A stretch of DNA of 64,000 nucleotides, from the NCBI RefSeq assembly GCF_009914755.1, contig NC_060926.1. One strand, written 5' to 3'. Source of the stretch: the human T2T-CHM13v2.0 reference genome, Homo sapiens. Positions 13,889 to 28,034 of the stretch are shown piece by piece; position 1 is the stretch's first letter, and every line of letters starts with the position of its first letter. The notes under the pieces were generated by a model. That model saw only the letters and a program-made list of their open reading frames with translations. It did no database searches and was not told the DNA's origin. Made by a program: the position numbers and the translations under genes.

Positions 13889-14465
13889 CTCATTGTTCAA
13901 CTCCTGCTTATGAGTAAGAACATGAGGTGTTTGGTTTTCTGTTCCTGTGTTAGTTTGCTGAGGATAATGGCTTCTAGCTTCATCCATGTCCCTGCAAAGG
14001 ACATGATCTCATTCCTTTTTATGGCTGCATAGTATTCCATGGTGTTTATGTACCACATTTTCTTTATCCAGTCTATCATTTATGGGCATTTGGGTTGGTT
14101 CCATGTCTTTGCTATTGGAAATAGTGATGCAATAAACATACATTGCATGTGCCTTTATAGTACAATGATTTATATTCCTTTGGGTATATACCCAGTAATG
14201 GGATTGCTGGGTCATATGGTATTTCTAGTTCTAGATCCTTGAGGAATCACACTATTTTCTATAGTGGTCGAACTAATTTACATTCCCACCAATAGTGTAA
14301 AGAGTTCTTATTTCTCCACAGCCTTGTCAACATCTACTGTTTCTTGACTTTTTAATAATCGCCATTCTGACTGGCATGAGATGGTATCTCATTGTGGTTT
14401 TGATTTGCATTTCTCTAATAATCAGTGATGTTGAGCTTTTTTCATATGTTTGTTGGCTGCATAAA
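13889..14465 (-). mobile_element. Same L1PA, continuation (3' UTR and ORF2 C-terminus), 5'-truncated
   Basis: ctcattgttcaactcctgcttatgagt...; ORF 13897-14079 translates to an L1 ORF2 C-terminal-like WIKKMWYINTMEYYAAIKRNE. Confidence 0.92.
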
Positions 14466-15486
14466 GAACAGTCAGCCATCTTGGAATTACCTAGTTGAAT
14501 GCCTAAATCTGAGGGAAACTGGAAGAGCTTTCAAGAAAATAAGTTGGTATCAATAGTAATTCAGCCACAGTAGAAGAAAAGTCTTTGGTTTAGAAAGTTT
14601 TCCAAACAAGGGCAGTGATCGGAGGAAGATGTTGCCACATGGTGCAATGCAGCCCCAAACTTTACTTATAAAACTGGAAAAGTTGGATAAAATACAGCAA
14701 GTTGTACAGACTGTCTTTTGCTAACAGGAAAGGAGATAAAAGGAATCATAGCAAAATACGCCTGTAATCACTGTCGTGTGTGTATCCCTGCTCTTGTTAT
14801 TTTCATGAAATGATCCATTTTTTATGCTAAAATCATTGCTTGCTAATAAACTCAGTACTGTTCCCTTTAAGTAAAAAAAAAAAAAATAGAAACAAAAATA
14901 AAGAAATGTTAAAACATTGTGCTTGGATAGAGACAAAACTGGTTAGTGTCCTACAGGGCAATAAACCTAAAGTTTTGGGGTTATTCATTCTATCAAACAG
15001 AAATCATTTGTCTCCCCACTGGATAAAAATCTACACATTATGTTCTCTACTTTCAGAATTATGCCATAGCCAAGACAACACATTCAAGTTGAGCACTACA
15101 TTGAAATACTATGATCTCTTTCATCTATTTATTAGTTTAAGGAATTTTTTTCTGACACCAAATTAAAATGTGCTTGAGGCCAGTGACAGGAAGTTTGCTA
15201 GCTGTGAAGAAGAGAATCCCAGGAATGAGCCTGAATTTGCCACCCAGGCTCTAGGGATGCAGACCCTCACTGGAAAGAATAAAGAAGGAGACAACAGAAG
15301 ACAAAATAAAGAAGTGTTTTGCTTCCATTGTAAGAAATACTTTTCAACATTTTGTTTGTGAAGGGCACAGTTACGCTCTGCCCAGAGATCGATGACTTCT
15401 GTTGTATGTGTCTTTCATCAGAAGTTTCTGAGTTCAATCCTTTTCCCGGTCAAATCTCTTCAGGGCAATGTTTTGAGTTTGCTCCG

Positions 15487-15693
15487 CTGATGGTGCACTG
15501 ACTCACGCTGACATGTAAGAACCAACCGTATGTCTTTCCCCAACTCCACATTCAGTGATGCCATTTTGATTGCACAATATTGCTCATGGTGGAGGTTGTT
15601 GGCATTATGGAAACTGGCAACCACTACAACTCAGATGGTGGTGGTGGTACTTTTTCCAGAGGCTGGTTGTTGCCATTTCAGGGCACACTGCTG
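15487..15693 (+). mobile_element. MER63A-like hAT MITE
   Basis: tttccccaactccacattcagtgatg...catggtggag...ggaaactggcaa...gctggttgtt...gcacactgctg; ~205 bp. Confidence 0.65.
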
Positions 15694-16299
15694 CTCCTCT
15701 CCCTTTTGCAGGCAGGCACTCTCTGAAGGCTCCTATTGGCCAAACACCCCAAAGAGGGACCATCTCCCAGTGTACTCTTAATAATGACCTACTTTCCAAT
15801 GTCCTGAATTGCTTGTAAAACGTAGGTAACTGGTCCCGAGTCCAGGCTGTTTGAAATAGAATATGTAGCCCTTAAGTGTTGAAAGAATGTGTGTTTTACC
15901 AAGTTTCCCAAGTGATTTTCATATACTGTAAGGTTTGACAAAAATGTCATTAAGGACTTTTCTTATCTAATACATTTTTTGAGTGGTTAGTTTGCCTAAA
16001 TGCATTATATTCTGGGGCGAATTTAATTGCTTAATGGTTTGTCATGTTTTTATTAGCATTACAACATAGTCAATTTTTAGATTAGTATGAGAAGCCAAAG
16101 ATTTTCCTAGACAACAGAATAGATGAAGTAATCTGTCAGAGGACAGAGAGAAGAGCTGGCACTGAAGAAGGATGCACAGCCTGGACTCTATCTTTCTTCA
16201 AATAATCATCATGATATTTACAAATATGATACAAATTTTAAGTCTAAAATTATGTGAGGTAAAATTGTTGCTTTATAAATTTACTATATATACTTTTTT

Positions 16300-16466
16300 A
16301 CTTAATAACTAACATGATTTATTGACTGCAAGGCTAGATACTATTAATAAAGTAGCACATCTAGCAAGAACATGGCTGATCATTTGCAACAAGGACCTTA
16401 AGAGGTGTGTGTGTGTGTGTATGTGTGTGTGTGTGTGTGTGCGCGTTGTTAGCATAGCCCATATGT
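16300..16466 (+). repeat. Local duplication copy 1, including a (TG)n microsatellite
   Basis: Nearly identical to 18482-18672. Confidence 0.95.
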
Positions 16467-17489
16467 GAATTGAAACATGTACAGTATACTTAGGAGATAA
16501 TTCGTCAGGCTCTCATTGTGTCTTTTTTATTTTGTAGATAGCATGAGCTGGTTGGCAGTTAAGCATACTAGTAACAAAGATTATGAGTAGAAGATTTGCT
16601 GCTAGAAGCAGGTGTTACTGATTTTAAAGCTGTATAGGTATATAGGTGGAAGGAAGAAAAGATAGAGGTAAACTAGAAAATAAGAATAACTAAAAAATGA
16701 ATTATGCATCAGAAAAAAATTGCTTATAATAATACCTACCTTCTACAGGTATGTTGAAAAGGACACTGTTGTTCTGAATATTCTGAGATGCTGCCATGTG
16801 TAAGTTTGGTAATAAAAGCCAAAAAGGGTGGAATTTCTTTGTCTTGTAGAGAAGAAAATGATTTGAAATTCCAGAGAGGAGAATATGCAGACAGAAAGAG
16901 AAAGGAAGCAGCAAAGTTGATATTTTTTGAGGGAAAGAGGACTGGCGAAGAAAAAGAAAAAAAAAAAACAACCTTTGTTTATTGCTAAGGAATTTGAGTA
17001 GTTGTTTATCTCCTTATGGAATTTTTGGGAAAGTCTATTTCTTGTGGGGAGATGATTTTGGGAGACCGTTAAGTGGCAGTGACTGAAGTAGTATGCAAAG
17101 ACGTAGAATGTAGGTGGGAGACCATTTGAAAGTAAGGTCTTCAGAAATTTTCAGTTATCTTGTGGACAGCTTGGTTAAAACCATGAAATTTGGAATTCAT
17201 GTTACTATACTCACTCCATATTACAGTGTGGAGTTGATATTAGAATAGCAATTATATTTATTGTAAAAGAAAACTGGAATTGAACATTACACAATAGAAA
17301 AAGTTAATCCCAAATGAAAATGCTTCAGTACTTCATTTCCAAATATGTTCTGAGTGACTGTGAAGCACAAGTACTGAGCACCTCCATGAAACATAATTTA
17401 GAGCAAACAAGCAGGCTCCGTTCACATCAGTGCCAACTCCTGAGGGATGAGTTGGGTTGGCCAGTCGGATCATCAGGGTGAGGCAGAGA

Positions 17490-17790
17490 CTGGAGAGTAG
17501 GGTGCATTCCAGGCTGAGAGCAGAGGATGTGCAAATGTATCCCGGTAGGAAAGAGTACTATGAGCCGCACGTGGTCCAGTAAAGCGGAAGGTAACAACAG
17601 CTGAGTCTACACAAATGGGTACATGAGCAATCTAATATGCCAAATTAAATAGTTTGAACATGTGTCCTTAATGTAGATGCTGAAAAAATAAAATAATAAG
17701 ATAAAATAAAATAGTTTGGACATTAACTGTACATAATGAATGATTTTGCATGATCAGATTTGCATTTAAAGACATCACTCTGGCAGAGTT
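17490..17790. mobile_element. L2 fragment
   Basis: gcattccaggctgagagcagaggatgtgcaaa and atgatcagatttgcatttaaagacatcactctggc are L2-like motifs. Confidence 0.55.
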
Positions 17791-18481
17791 TGTGGAACCT
17801 GTTGTTTAAGCAGAGAATAACCGTAATCTATCCATGGACTCTGATAGTTTGTTATCCGTAAAACCAGAAAACCCATTACCTGATGCTCATGGATAGGAAA
17901 GATGTTACTGAATGAATCCCTGTGTCCCTCTTGCTGTGATGGAGTATGTATTCACTCTCCTTCCACATCCTGAGTTCCTATGGACTTGAGACAGCGGATG
18001 GTGACCATGCACATATGCACATGACAAGGAATAAAGCCATTATCTTAGGCTGTGTCTTCTTATTTCTCACACAGTGTCCAAAGGGTGACTGTGTCCGCCA
18101 AAATGCTCCCCTCTCTCTTGCCTTCTCTTTCCCTGCTTACATATGCACGTGCTCATAACCATACACACATATTGCTCAGGGGAGGATTGTAACATTATTA
18201 TTTAATAGATACTTCAGAACACAGTGTTTTGCAGGTTCCAAGGTACTTAGGAACACCCTTGGTGGAACAGTTACAGATTTTCCAAAGTAGATTTTCTTAT
18301 TGTCAAAATAAGGAATCATATTGTTACTGAAGGCCAAGGTGAAAATTGGGAGGCCCAGTAGTAGAATGCAATGAATACAGGTTGTTGGCCTGAAAAAGAC
18401 ATTAAAGGATAAATCAGAATTACATAGACACATTGTGTTTTCCTAGGACAATGCCTTATTTCTCTGAGATGCCAATAACTA

Positions 18482-18614
18482 ACTTAATAACTAACATGAT
18501 TTACTAACTGCAGGGCTAGATACTATTAATAAAGTAGCACATCTAGCAAGAACATGGCTGATCATTTGCAGCAAGGACCTTAAGAGATGTGTGTGTCTTT
18601 GTGTGTGTGTGTGT

Positions 18615-18653
<39 letters not shown>

Positions 18654-18672
18654 GTTAGCATAGCCCATATGT
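18482..18672 (+). repeat. Local duplication copy 2, including a longer (TG)n
   Basis: Nearly identical to 16300-16466. Confidence 0.95.
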
Positions 18673-20824
18673 TTTACATGGGAAAAATAATGGTTACATG
18701 GAAGGGCAGATATGTGCTGATGAAGAGAACAGTCTATTGTCTGGCATGTAGAAGCTCAAGGAATATTAACCAAAATGGATAATGATGAAGATTTGATGGC
18801 TAATAATCATTTTATTTAAAGAACTTAAAATACATTAATAAGTTAGACAAGGCTTATGAATAATACATTTTAAATAGAGATATCTTATAGTATTTAATTA
18901 ATTTTGGAGGGTTTTCTCAGTACCCCAGAAGGTCTGTTTCAACACTCCATATCTTTGGTATCTATTACTACTGCTGTTTAGATACACAGCTAAACAATTA
19001 TATGAGGGAAAAGAAAACGTTTGAGGATAAAATACTTCGTATACTTTGAAATGCTTGTATTATAAAGTAGTCATTTGCTGTTAGGGGAAGGTGGAGGACT
19101 TCCAAATGATGTACAACGATAGGGAAGTGGCAGAAGTGTGTATTCCATCAGCCACTAACCACCAAACAGTATTTCTTTTTGGAACAGACAGAAGCTTTGT
19201 TAACAGATTATGTAACAAAATATCAATGATTCATGTACATATTTTTATTCTTCCTTTGCAAATTAGAGTTTTTTCTACAGAAATTAATTTGAAAACTCTT
19301 TGTTAAGGAACATCATGCACAATTCCATATTCTAACATTTGTTGAGACTGTTTTTTTTTTTATACAGATGATCACATTTTAGTTGCTTCTCAAAGTTTCA
19401 GGGAGAAAATGTTATTTTAGAATAGGGAAAGTGATATAATGAAGCATCACACAAAGCTCTTAGACAATCAAAAGTTTGATGTCTCAGGTATTATTTGAAA
19501 TATTTAAAATTTGTCCAAGTTTATTAAAGGTTGTATCTCCATTTTATATATAAATTTATACACAAAAGTTTATATTTTTATTGTCGATCTGTGAGAATAC
19601 TTAAGGCAGTTTTGCTGTAAAACATTTAATCAGTTAAGCTGTTTTTCCTATTTGCCTTAGGCTGTGCAAAATTTCAAAGAAGCTACAAAAAATTGAGTGA
19701 CCTTCAAAGATCCCCTGTAGGGTTCATTAGCACCACTGGGTGCTTATCTGAAATTTGCTTAATGCTTCTTGAATAAAATTTACCTAGATCCTAACGAGGA
19801 TTGATGAGGGGATTTGTAAAATTGGTTTTGATTTTTGAGAGGTAATGACCCTTGACTCTCAGCCGAGAGGTACTTGGCACTAATGAAGTGACAGGTTCAG
19901 TCCATACAAATATCCCTGCAGTTCTCTCAGCTGGTGAACTCAGCCGAACACTTGTAAAGTAAGAAATAATGTGGCCTACATATGATTGAACTGTGCAATC
20001 TCTGAAAAATTACCAAGAAAGCAGAGTGGTCACTTTAAATGAAACAGAAGTTAACTCTGTATGTACTTAAATGAGTTGAGCTAGTTGTTAATATATTCAG
20101 ATTTTATCTCTTAATGATCCTTCCCACTCTAACTATGTTATGTTCCCATAGAATATAACACAGATTTTTGAGGGTGGCAGAACGTTTTTAAAATACTCTT
20201 CTACAAACAATGCTCATGCAGAATGGTCTTTGTAATGGACGTGAGTGTAATTTATACAACATACAGAATATGACAGTCTCCAGCCTGGGTACATGCTCCT
20301 ATAGTATAACTGAAATCAATGGAAAAAGTGTAGTTTGAAATGAAATTTATCACATTCCTCACAACTCTTTGTACTTGTCCATAAGAAAAAAAATTGAAAA
20401 TATTTTTAGAAAAACCCCTTCTTCAAAGTATTAAGTGGTAAGTCCAGGTAATTCCACTTGTGTATCTATTGGTAAAACAGATATTTCATGGTAACATTAC
20501 CAGTCAAGCTAAATTATGCACATAAAGTTAAGGCTCATTCATGTGATGTTTATAGTATTAGTGAAAGATCCCAAAGTCTGTGAATTATTCTGGGAGTTGG
20601 TCTCTTACATAATTCCCACGATTTTCATTACCATTAATAATGCACATTGGCCTCATCTCTTTAAGTTTCATGTCATATTCCTTTTAAAGTAATATGATGG
20701 TCTTGTATCAAGTCCTAATAAATTTATCTTGACAGTTTTCGTTATAAGAATAAACATTTCTTTTAATGCATTTACAAACCCATGCATCCAATTTACAAAA
20801 ACACACTTTAGGTACTTAATAGCT

Positions 20825-21090
20825 TTCAGGAAAGACATCTGATTCCACTTTTATCCATTGCTGAGGTTCTAATTACATTGATATAATAGCTGTGGGATTT
20901 TATTTTTACTGATCAGAGAAATTCCTCACTAATGTGGAGCAGAAAAGAAATATTACAATTTTGTTCTCTCTTCAGGTGTATACTTAAAGTCAGTTGGATC
21001 TAATTTATTTACTCCAATTCTTTCATATTGAGGATATCTTTGATGTTCCTTTAGACGTATTTGTTCAGTGAGCCTAAATATTTGGTGCAC
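20825..21090 (+). repeat. Diverged dispersed element copy A (paralog of 53397-53665)
   Basis: Manual alignment; core 20841-20933 is ~80% identical to 53414-53508. Confidence 0.85.
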
Positions 21091-21320
21091 AATGAAGCCA
21101 AGAAAATAATTAATTAATTTGACTTGAACTTTTCTCTACAAAGCTGTGTACTCTGAGGCTGAAATGGGCTTGGTCTCACTATTGACTTAATACGTTTATT
21201 TGTGATACTGGTTCTTTTTTTAATAATACTGGACAGCATATCATTTAAAAATAATTACATGGCAATTAAAACAGTTTATATGGAAAAAGTTAGTGCTATA
21301 TAAATAATATACCAATATAA

Positions 21321-21665
<345 letters not shown>

Positions 21666-22504
21666 TGTATTATAATCCTAAAAGACATTTTATAAATATC
21701 ATATAATAGGTATCATTATACAATAATTATATACATTATAATATAATTATAAATATTAAAGCTAGAGCAGACTTAATAATTAATGACCTGAATTTTGAAT
21801 CTTCATTTTACCATTAATAATTGATAATCTTCAACCAAATCATAAATTCTCTGAGTTTAATATTTTAAATTGAGGCAAGTAATAACTGATTAATGGGACT
21901 GTTTTGAAGCTGAGAAATTATTTTCTGAAAGCATTTGGTAAGTAAAGAAAAGTTATACATATAACATTTACATTTTCTATTGGGTATATTCTCATGTCCT
22001 ATTTACATAGCAATATATAGTTTGATATATTTCATTTAAAAACAGAGGCAGTTTAAGTATTATGGGATAATACAAACTGAGATTAAATATCATGCAAATT
22101 AATTAAATAGTGCTCTACTTCTAAAATCCATAAAGAAATAATGAAAAACTTTATACTTGAAGTATTTTGGATAGTTTTCTGGGAGTGCCCACTACATAAT
22201 AGATTAAATCATGTCCTCACTGTGGTTAGTACAGATAAATGTTACATAAATTCCAGTTGGTAATGCAAGACGACATAGAATCATTTATACATAGGAGTGG
22301 AATAAAATTTTTATCTTAAAAAAAATTGTTTATATTTGTCAATTGTTCTTCTGTGATGTCAACATAAAAAATGCTTAGGATAGCTCCTTAAGATATACAC
22401 CACAAAGTATGTGTACACTATTATGTACTTGTAACTTATCTGATAAAAGATACACAGTACTGAAAATTATTTTAGTCCATTTATGTTTTATGTATTTCTT
22501 AGCA

Positions 22505-23016
22505 TATGTTATTATCGCCACAGTAATGGTATATAAGAAAGCAGACCCAAATTTAGTGGCTTAAAATAATAATTGATTTTCTGTTTGTCATACAGCTGTG
22601 AGTCAGATATAATGGACCTGGTCTAGGTTGGGCTTGAAAATGACTCTTTTTCAAGAGTGCTTCCGGCTGGCCTTGAATCCTCACTACAGCTTTGGCTCAT
22701 ATTTGTTCCATGTCTATTCACTCTGGAGCTGCAGCCACCCAGGGAAAGCTCTTCTAACAGGGATGGTCGAAGTGTAAGACAGGGAGACCAAGAAAGCCCC
22801 AGCATTTTAAGGCTGTGCTTGCATCACATTGCTAATAGTTTGTTGGCAAAGCAAGTTGCGTGGATGAGTCCAAACCCCGTAGGCTGGGAAGTAGACTGTA
22901 CCTACAAGGTTGCCAAAGACAGCCATGGTCCCAGCCCAACATTAGTATCCTATGAACAAGCACATGGAGAAGAGGAAAAGAGTAAATATTTGCCATGTAA
23001 AAATCTAATCAGCCAT
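22505..23016 (-). mobile_element. Old MaLR LTR (MLT1G/H-like)
   Basis: cccaaatttagtggcttaaaataata...ttggcaaagcaagttgcgtggatgagtccaaa; edges approximate. Confidence 0.6.
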
Positions 23017-23024
23017 ACTCGAGG

Positions 23025-23334
23025 TTTTGTTTTACTTTTTTGTTTTTTTTTTTGTTTGTTTTTTTGAGACAGGATCTCACTCTGTCATCTAGGCTGTGTA
23101 GCAGGCAGCAGCCTCAACCTCTGGGGTTCAAGCAGTCCTCCCACCTCAGCTTCCTGAGTAGCTGGGACCACAGGCATGAACAACCACCACACCCAGCTAA
23201 TTTTTAAAATTGTTTTGTAGAGATGGGGGTCTCACTGTGTTGCGCAGGCAGATCTTGAATTCCTGGGCTCAAGTGATATGCCCATCTTGGCCTCCCAAAG
23301 TTCATGGCCTGTGCATGAGCCATGGCGCCCAGTC
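23025..23334 (-). mobile_element. AluJ
   Basis: gagacaggatctcactctgtc...tcctgggctcaagtgat are J-type diagnostics; small internal deletions. Confidence 0.9.
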
Positions 23335-23577
23335 CTGAGTTTGTTATTTCAATGAGTTTTATTGAGAAATAATTTACACATAATGAATTAATTCAATGTC
23401 ATATTTCTTTGGAGATAATGTGATCATCTTGTGTCCGGCCATATTAAGCATTCAATAAAAGGCACCAAATGTAGGTGTACAGTTTGCTGAGTTTCAATGT
23501 ACACATAAGTCTCTCTCTATATTTATATATTACATTGTTATATTTATTATATTGCAATTATATGTATATTTAAAGTA

Positions 23578-23785
23578 CAGTAAGTCCTCACTTAATGTTC
23601 TTGATAGGTTCTTGGAAACTGTGACTTTAAGCAAAAGACATACAGCAGGTCCTGGAATAACATCATTTCCTTCAAGTTCATTTCATTATAACATTGATGA
23701 GAAAAAAATGGTTTTGTTATACATTGTTTCACTTAGAGTAGAAGTTTCCAAGAACCTATTAAAGATTTTAAGTAAGGACTTACTG
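23578..23785 (+). mobile_element. MER6B-like Tigger MITE
   Basis: Long TIRs cagtaagtcctcacttaa...ataggttcttggaaact / agtttccaagaacctat...ttaagtaaggacttactg; TA TSD. Confidence 0.85.
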
Positions 23786-25975
23786 TATACTTAGATTTTA
23801 TTATGATTATGTTTCTATCATGTATGTATTTCTATTATATTTATGTGTATATCTCTATGACTATGCCTATATGTATATAAATATCATCTATCTATACATA
23901 TAAAATGATTACAATCAAGATAATGGATGTTGTCATCATAACAAAATGTTTCCTCATGTCCAATCGCAGTGAATCCAACTCTCCTAAGCCTAGCCTAACC
24001 ATACCTGTTACCCTATGTCTCTTGCCCTATTTTTCTACCTTTTCTACAACCAGACTTTTTGAAAGAATTTTCTATACCTCCTGTATTTTCATACTCTTCT
24101 CACAGTCAATTTTCTAAGGCACTGTGGTAGTAACCACTCCGCAGAAATTCCTCTAGTCATGTTCATTAAAACTCATCTATTAATAAATCAAATGCACATA
24201 TTTCAATCCTTAACATTATCTGAATGTCCTGGATATCTTTATCTTCTTGATATATTAATATGTTCTTTCCCTGTGACCAAAACTATTTCCCCTTCCCCAC
24301 CTTCTTGCTGGAGTAACTTCTTAGCCTTCCGATTCTAGCCTAGATGTTATTATTTCCTGGAAACCTGCCTCAATTCTTCAATTCTGAGTTACATAATCCT
24401 GGAATATTCAGTGCTCTTCCAGTGTTAACTCATCTTTTTAAGTTACTGGATAGTTTCCTATATTGTAAGGCTCATATGGACATAGAATATAATTTTTTTA
24501 TCTCCATTGCATACATAGTGCCTATTGAAATGCTCGGTATATATTAAGTTTTATTTTCATGTACTTTCCAGGGCTAAATAATTAAACAGAATTATTCTTA
24601 CAAAGCCATTTATTATTTATCCCATTAGAAATGATCACTTGTTTTTGGAGACGTAACTGCACATATAATTTGTTGCTGCATTTATTTTTATGTATGTACG
24701 GCATTAGATTTAAAGACATTATGTATATTTTGCTTTCCTGATGCTCATTTCAATACACACAGTTTGGCACTTACAAAAGTTATTTTGTAGGAATGATTGG
24801 ATTGATGAACCTATTCTCTACCCAGGCATTTTCTCAGTGGCTTTCAACATGTTCTTCTCAGCCCTTCCACCAAAGCCCTCGGCCTCAGAATAGTGATTAG
24901 TGTCATTAAAGGTGAAATTTCTATTTCTTTAACAAATGTATATCTTGGTCCATGAAAATGAACCAAAATATCAAAAATATTCTCATACTTCTTGAGAATT
25001 TTCATATAAATAATTTTGTGCTTTTCCAGTGTATTGCTTCTTTACTTTGTGAAATGAAAAGCGTTTTTCCAAGTTTTCTTGTTTTTATACCTCAAAATTA
25101 TCCTGGTAGATCATTAAAAATATATATAAAAGAAAAAATAGTCACTGTTGAATTTAGGTTTCTTATCAATGGCATGTGTTCTCAAGGGGATATAAAATGA
25201 AACTTCCCATTTCCTGACTGCAATCCTGGGGTCTGGTGCTGCGCTGGTACCTGCCATGGCACATGCCGTTCTCCAGGGTGCACGCATCCTGCTCCCACGA
25301 CGCCTTGCAGAGGGAGGGCAGAGGTCACCTAAACACTGCAGATGCAGACTATGATGTCACCATACAATAGCAAGGGCTCTTTCAGCATCGTAGTAATCTG
25401 TTGGTATAAGTTTGATAGATTTTCCTTCAATTTGTTCTCATCTCATCAGATACATTTGTGAAGACAAGTCTTTGGCAGACCAATCAAAATGGTACTCTTG
25501 CTAAAAGGAAGAGGTCACAGCTATAAGTAGACGGTGACACGGTAGCATGCCTGATTCTAGACAGTCCTAGACGCTTTGTGTTACTCAGAGTAGCCTAGAA
25601 AAGCAGAGCCGACACGTGAAAAGGCTTGTTTGAAGAGCTGGTGAAAATGGTAACAAGTTCCTGGGACAAGTCAACCTTCACTGAGCACTCTCTTCGAATT
25701 TTAATATTTTATTTTGCTTATACCACACAATTAGGTACTTCTTGGTATATTTTTGTCTGTTTTATTTGAAAATATAATATTGTTTTTACAACTATGAGGA
25801 AAGCCCCTAGAGGATTTGAACATGGATTCTGTTCTTGCTTTTTTGTTATTATCAAATGGAATGCAGACCAGATAAAGAGAAGGATTTATATGATTACAAA
25901 TCTTGTCAATAGATACTTTGATCATGTATGCTTGTGAAGATTGGAACTTTCCTGATAGCAGTGATAGAATGAGAG

Positions 25976-26400
25976 TGCGGTAGGCAGAATCATGCCCTCC
26001 CCACAAGATATTTATGTCCTAGTTCCCAGAACCAATGAATAGGTTAGGTCCCATGGCAAAGGGAAATTAACATTTCATATAGAATTAATGTTGCTAATCA
26101 GCTGACCTTAAAACAGGAGATTATCCTGGATTATCTGGGTAGCACCAATGTAAGAACATGTGTCCTTAAAAGGAAGAGAGAAACAGAGAGATGGCAGCGT
26201 GAGAAATCAGCCCTGCATTTCTGAATTTGAAGGTGTAGGAAGGGGACAATGAACCGAGAAAAGTGACCTCTAAATGCTTGAAAAGGCAAGAAAATGGATC
26301 TTCCATACAGCCTCCAGAAGGGAAGGCACCATGCCAACACCTTGGCTTTAGTCCAGTGAAATCAGTGTCAGATTTCAAAACTGTAAAACTGTAAGAAAAA
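25976..26400 (+). mobile_element. MLT1D-like MaLR LTR, 3'-truncated, followed by a MIR fragment (~26410-26560)
   Basis: tgcggtaggcagaat...gttgctaatcagctgacctt...gattatcctggattatctgggt. Confidence 0.8.
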
Positions 26401-27329
26401 GCCAGCTTTTTGGCCCTGACCTGTGTCAAATGTGGGTCATAGGTCATATTAATCCATCTCTCGAAATCTCATTTCCTCCTTGGTAAAATGGGACCTGGGA
26501 TAATGAGCTTCAGTCATTATAAATATTAACAGAAGTGATTTATTTAGTAAGTATGTATTGGTGCTCAGCTGTATTTTACGCACTATGCTGGGCACTCAGT
26601 GTCCCAGTGTGCATGTAACCAGGCTTACAGCTCCATCCGTCTCAGGGGCTGATACAGAGTTGGCACTTGATAAAGTCACATTTTCAAATTGCTTTGCTCT
26701 GTCCCCTCTGCCCCAAAAATTATTAATACAAATATACTTTGTTTGTTGCTTTTCAAGTGAGCTACTTTTAAATAACAACTGACCAATGTCCTATCTTTCT
26801 GAAATCTTTATTGGTATCATGTATTGAAATTTGGAGGAAAATAGCAGAGACTGCCAAAGGTTAAGATAAATTATTTGGAAAAGGCACGTATTCTTCTACA
26901 ATGGTGATATGAAACAGTGTGTGTGTGTGTGTGTGTGCCTGTGTGTTTGTGTGTTCTTTCTGTTGAAATCATAACAGAAAAAGTGCACATCTGACAAAGC
27001 AAAAGAGATTCTTGGCTACAAAGGCGGTAGTAGAGATTATCCGATGATCACCTCAGGTTTCATTGTTTTCCATGCATATTCACTTTCCTCTTATTTACCA
27101 GTGCCATTTTACCCATTGTTACAAAAATGTTGGTTGTCTCTCCAAATGCTTTGCTGCCATTTTCTTATATTTTGCTAATAGTGCCTCACTTTTTAAAATT
27201 TTTTTTATTTTTTACATTATCCACCTTTAGTATGGTCACGTAACCAGGGGAAAAAATGCTCCCCAGCACCACCACCAGACTTCAGTGTCAATTTTGATTG
27301 TTTTAAACCAATTATGGTGATGTCTCTGC

Positions 27330-27715
27330 TAATACTTCTTTGAAGCAAAGCTTATGAAAATTCTAGTGCATGAGGAGACAGCACCCGAGATCTCTTCTGA
27401 GAAGCATCTTCTTCACTCTTAAAAAGAGTCATGTGAAGGGAATTTTCTTTTTATGAATACATATGGCTGTATGATGGGGAAATGCCTGGAGCTGTGGCGG
27501 CCATCAGGGAACAAAGCAATGGCCAAAAGCGAGCATGTGGAAGAGGGTGAGGAGGAAGAAGGAAGCGTTCTGGACCCGGATGCTGTGGCAGAGCTGAGTA
27601 GCCAGCCCACTCCAGAGCCCCTTAGCCTTTGGCTTCCTTGCTAGGGGAGATAGTAAGAGTCAATATGTTTAACCAGCACACTCAAAATGTTGTTGCCTGC
27701 AGCTGAATTTCTAAT
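27330..27715 (+). mobile_element. Old MaLR LTR fragment (MLT1K/L-like)
   Basis: atgcctggagctgtggcggccatc ... tgttgcctgcagctgaa. Confidence 0.45.
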
Positions 27716-28034
27716 AATTTATACTGTTTATATAGAAGTATGCCAGAAAATTTCATAAACACAGTGGGGAAACTTAATTTTAATCTTATGTAAATAGTTA
27801 CAATGCTGACAAAATTTAAAAGGATACAGTCAGAAATATTTAAAAGGCAAGTTTGTAACAGAAAGTTTATAAAATGTGAGTAAATTTTTCCTTTATTTAC
27901 TAATTCATTTATTACTTTGGTAAACCTTTAGTAAGTACCTATTATATATCTGAATTATATAAATTAAAAGAGCAATAAAGCTATCACTGAGCAGTTAAAC
28001 CATAGTCATCTTTTATGTCCTTGTATTATTCTGC

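Noticed and set aside
14557-14568. 12-mer taattcagccac shared with the 297-bp insert (~13793)
   Set aside because: The match does not extend and is compatible with chance; the same applies to aaacccatgcat at ~20776 and ~61276.
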